This document shows, piece after piece, positions 61,291 through 64,000 of a DNA stretch of 64,000 bases. How positions within the stretch are numbered: position 1 is the stretch's first letter; each line of letters opens with the position of its first letter. The stretch covers positions 4,600 to 68,599 of the forward strand of contig JAFZPZ010000004.1 in the NCBI GenBank assembly GCA_017552435.1, written 5' to 3'. A program made the position numbers and the translations under genes. The notes below the pieces were generated by a model. That model was given only the letters and a program-made list of their open reading frames with translations, did not search any database and had not been told where the DNA came from. The DNA comes from Bacteroidaceae bacterium (lineage in GTDB: Bacteria; Bacteroidota; Bacteroidia; Bacteroidales; Bacteroidaceae).

Positions 61291-61764
61291 TCACTTAATA
61301 GTCAGCCACACGGCTTCGCCGCGGTCTTTGGCCTCGACGATGCGGTGTTTCAGTTCGTAGAGCCATTTGCGCGAGTTCAGGACCTTGCCAACTTCCTTGT
61401 TCTCGCCGACCAGGATGCAGCCCTCGGTGTCCTTTGCCGAGTTGCCGGCGTGGATGCGGATGCCGCTCCATTTCTTGTTGAACTCGGGCCCGCCCAGCAG
61501 CAGGGGGAGCCACTGCTTGAATTTCGGGGAGTAGGAAATCACCACGGCGTAGCGCCCTTCGGGGATGGCGCTTTTGCCATTGATTTTGTAGGCTCCGTGC
61601 TCGTAGTCGCGCCAAGTGGGTTCCAGAGTGTCGCAAAGACCCTCTAAATCTCCCTTAAAGGGAGACTTATTGTTCTCCCCCTTTAAGGGGGAGTCAGAGA
61701 GGGTCTTTAGTTTCCCTATCGTATATCCTTTCTTCTTTGCAATGCGTGTCAGTATCAGTTCCAT
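61291..61764 (-). CDS. DUF5675-like protein (mobile-element/phage associated) carrying an internal palindromic insertion
   Basis: 157 aa. Blocks MELILTRIAKKKGYTIGKL, CDTLEP, IPEGRY, SPKF...LPLL and IRIHAGNSAKDTEGCILVGEN. The family name is from memory. Confidence 0.55.
   Translation of the reverse strand: MELILTRIAKKKGYTIGKLKTLSDSPLKGENNKSPFKGDLEGLCDTLEPTWRDYEHGAYKINGKSAIPEGRYAVVISYSPKFKQWLPLLLGGPEFNKKWSGIRIHAGNSAKDTEGCILVGENKEVGKVLNSRKWLYELKHRIVEAKDRGEAVWLTIK
61635..61708. repeat. Nested palindromic element inside the DUF5675-like CDS
   Basis: The outer perfect 11-bp inverted repeat is aaagaccctct (61635-61645) with agagggtcttt (61698-61708). It encloses two hairpins: tctcccTTAAAgggaga (61649-61665) and ctcccccTTTAAgggggag (61675-61693). 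Confidence 0.9.
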
Positions 61765-61778
61765 AATTGCGTGTTGTT

Positions 61779-63572
61779 TTATGTCTCTTCCAACAATGTT
61801 GGAGTTGTTGGAGTTGTTGAGACTGTCGGGAGTGTCGGGGAGAGTTTCTTGAAGAAACTGCCGCAGTCCATTATCAGCTCGCGTTCTATCATCCTTTTTT
61901 CATAGACCGTCGAACCTTCCGGATTCATATTTTTAGCCTGCATTACTGCTTTCAGGTCGGCTTTTGTGAACTCTTCCGGCAGTTCCTCCAGAAGCCTTGT
62001 CAAGGCATCGTTCCGGGCGATTCGGCTGGCGGCAAGGTCCTGCTTGTGCTGGATGAGCTCGTTCTGGCGGCTGCTTTCGTTGATGGCATCGGCGAACATG
62101 ATGTACTGGTTCAGGAAGCTCTCGTTGGCGAACCATCGGGCCATCGCTCTGCCTACCATTGTTTCACGGTTTCTCTCCAGGGCGTAGCAGACCTGACTGG
62201 CACGGAACAGGGTGACGGCTGCTCGCCTGCGCAAGAGGTCGATAGCATCGTCGCGATGGTCCTCGTCGGGACCGCTCGCCTCCCACTCCGCAATCTTCTC
62301 CTCGTTGAATTCGTAGGCATCTTTCTTGCCCTTCGTCAGGGCGAACGAGATGATGTTCTCGGGTGCCTGGATGTCGATTGTGGAGCCCTGTTCGTAGAGC
62401 TGCTGCACGATTCTTGCCGCCTTGCGGTCGTCTGCCGTCTCGTAGTCGCTGCGAATCTCCACGTTCTTACCTCGGTCGGGCGCCATTTCGGTGAAGAAGA
62501 AGCGCGTCATCAGGCCGTTCTCCACGTTCCGGAAGAAGTTGCGGACGGAGACATAGGTGCCGGCAAAGAGGAGGTTGATGAAGAGGTGTACTTGTCCCGA
62601 ATAGACCAGATAGTCCTGTCCCCAGCAGGCGCCGTCGAATGCCTTGCGGAAGATGTCGCTCTTGTCCGCCCAGGGGCCGTTCTTGTTCGAGCGGCTGGTC
62701 TCGTCGATTTCCTCCGTGATGACGCAAAGCGGCTGTCCCAGACAGGCTTTCGCCCGTTTCTGTACGAAGCCGTTCGAGCTGGTAGCATTGATGACGCGGA
62801 TGCACGGCATGGGTTCGGACGGCTGTAGCTTGGCATTTTTCTGCTTCTTGCACTCCTCGTCGTAAGCTTCCAGTTCCTTGCGACCCTTCTCGTCATCGTC
62901 CAGGACGGGTTTCATCAGCCATTCCTGCAGGTCGGCAATGAAGCCCTTTCCGCAGCCTGCATGACCGCAGACAACCGTCATGAAGACGGGCCTGTGCTTC
63001 CTGCCGTCCAGGTATTTGCTCTCGAAGCGGCCCAGCAGGGTGCCCAGCATCGGCAGGGAGGCAATCAGGGCAGAACGTCCGTTTCGGCCATACCTCTGAT
63101 AGATGTACTGGAAGAGCCAGGGCATCTGTTTTGGCAGGGGGTTGAGCCGTTCCAGATACTCGTGCCGCTTGGCAGTGGACGAGAGGTCGGGCTTCTTGAT
63201 GTCGTTCAGTACCGCCTTCAGTTCCGAAGGGAAGTCCTGACTTCTGGTCGAGGCGATGGCCGAGCCGATAGTCAGCGTGATTTCCTCTTCCGGGAGTCCG
63301 AACCCGGGCAGGATGCTGCGCAGGTAGGCAGGGATGAAGTCGCAGATGTAGCGCAGCTGCCGCGCCAGCTTGTAGAGCGTGGAATTGCGCGCACCTTCGG
63401 GCACCTCCTGACTCTCGAAGCCGAATCGAGCGAGTAACCCGCCCACAATGAGGCTGTATGGGATGCCGTCGTAGGTGTCGGGGTAAGCCCCCCCGGCCCC
63501 CTTCATGGGGAGTGAAGGAGCGACGACACTTGCCGCCGCTTCCTTCGATAGGATTGTTTTCTTTTTGCTCAT
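61779..63572 (-). CDS. P-loop NTPase of mobile elements (DUF3987 / primase-helicase-like)
   Basis: 597 aa. Walker A-like VVCGHAGCGKGF and Walker B-like LCVITEEIDE. It is co-oriented and tightly spaced with the DUF5675-like gene. The family assignment is tentative. Confidence 0.45.
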   Translation of the reverse strand: MSKKKTILSKEAAASVVAPSLPMKGAGGAYPDTYDGIPYSLIVGGLLARFGFESQEVPEGARNSTLYKLARQLRYICDFIPAYLRSILPGFGLPEEEITLTIGSAIASTRSQDFPSELKAVLNDIKKPDLSSTAKRHEYLERLNPLPKQMPWLFQYIYQRYGRNGRSALIASLPMLGTLLGRFESKYLDGRKHRPVFMTVVCGHAGCGKGFIADLQEWLMKPVLDDDEKGRKELEAYDEECKKQKNAKLQPSEPMPCIRVINATSSNGFVQKRAKACLGQPLCVITEEIDETSRSNKNGPWADKSDIFRKAFDGACWGQDYLVYSGQVHLFINLLFAGTYVSVRNFFRNVENGLMTRFFFTEMAPDRGKNVEIRSDYETADDRKAARIVQQLYEQGSTIDIQAPENIISFALTKGKKDAYEFNEEKIAEWEASGPDEDHRDDAIDLLRRRAAVTLFRASQVCYALERNRETMVGRAMARWFANESFLNQYIMFADAINESSRQNELIQHKQDLAASRIARNDALTRLLEELPEEFTKADLKAVMQAKNMNPEGSTVYEKRMIERELIMDCGSFFKKLSPTLPTVSTTPTTPTLLEET

Positions 63573-63581
63573 TATTAACTT

Positions 63582-64000
63582 TTAATTTTTCATTTTTAAT
63601 TCTTCATTCTTCGGAAAAAGATTTTCCGAATCCAAGTACGTCCAGTTCTCTTTCGGCGTCACGAAGAAGAGCCGTGCCCAGTCCTTGCAGACCGCATCGT
63701 AACTGGTGCCCAGCAGTCGGGCAAGACGCGCCTGGTTCTCTTCGATACTCTTGCAGAGAGAGTTGCAGGTAGCCACGACATGGACGCCTGCGTTCTGGGG
63801 GCTGACGTGGATGGCTACGATGCTGAGGTCGAGTTCTGGGTGGCTGGCCAAGTTGCCGGGATTCTCGTCTTGCTGACGTTGCATCTGCGCCCACTTCTCT
63901 GCATTCTCGTGCGCCAGCTGCTCTGCCCATCGCCAGGCCGCTTCTGGGCCTTCCGTCCGGCACAGGTCCTTGAAGTGCTGTTCGTGGTGGTAGTCCACGT
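63582..64000 (-). CDS. Hypothetical protein (mobile-element region), probably truncated by the window edge
   Basis: The ORF is open to the window end and the apparent start is a GTG 3 nt from the edge. I recognise no motif in it. It lies 9 nt upstream of the P-loop gene. Confidence 0.4.
   Translation of the reverse strand, partial: VDYHHEQHFKDLCRTEGPEAAWRWAEQLAHENAEKWAQMQRQQDENPGNLASHPELDLSIVAIHVSPQNAGVHVVATCNSLCKSIEENQARLARLLGTSYDAVCKDWARLFFVTPKENWTYLDSENLFPKNEELKMKN

Overview
This is a chromosomal window from a Bacteroidota genome, most likely Prevotellaceae. The taxon call rests on TAnnTTTG -7 promoter boxes, T9SS C-terminal sorting domains, a tmRNA tag of GENTYALAA, and the gene content. 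I call about 48 protein genes plus ssrA.

Layout:
- 1-11.5 kb: a minus-strand operon of M60-like metallopeptidase, DUF6057-like membrane protein, a CxxCH beta-propeller lipoprotein and GH30. It sits next to a 5'-truncated S8 peptidase and a CaCA antiporter.
- 11.7-19.2 kb: a TPR protein, then tatA and tatC separated by a three-gene periplasmic module (Tat-signal Gfo/Idh/MocA oxidoreductase, DUF1080, xylose-isomerase-like TIM barrel), then OmpA.
- 19.3-28.1 kb: iorA-iorB-paaK-aminotransferase, followed by the folE-SPOR-tpiA-DoxX-DUF1599 block.
- 28.3-51.1 kb: minus-strand surface-polysaccharide genes in two modules, each with its own promoter. They are separated by a 6.2-kb non-polysaccharide segment that carries an orphan MNT with a HepT stub, a hairpin array, a BspA-type LRR T9SS protein, and a divergent TPR-TM-HTH regulator.
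- 51.3-61.2 kb: ssrA, serine hydrolase, TrmH, calpain-like protease, PBP1A, pyrB-pyrI-glyA.
- 61.2 kb to the end: edge of a probable mobile element.

Most interesting signals:
1. The LRR and regulator genes have mirror-image divergent promoters. Both share a tandem direct-repeat motif, AGTTGGGAGCA(G/C)TTGGGAG, at identical spacing from their -33/-7 boxes. A 7 x 22-bp tandem repeat lies between them.
2. A family of short C5/G5 palindromic elements occurs in intergenic DNA, in a 5' UTR, and apparently in frame inside at least four protein genes.
3. Intergenic spacers throughout the window are built from tandem 7-8-nt 'words', some arranged as inverted arrays.
4. Three long perfect hairpins with a shared TATA(T)ATGT loop lie downstream of the LRR gene.

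No CRISPR array, rRNA or tRNA was seen. All functional calls come from motif and family recognition by eye, and no searches were run.
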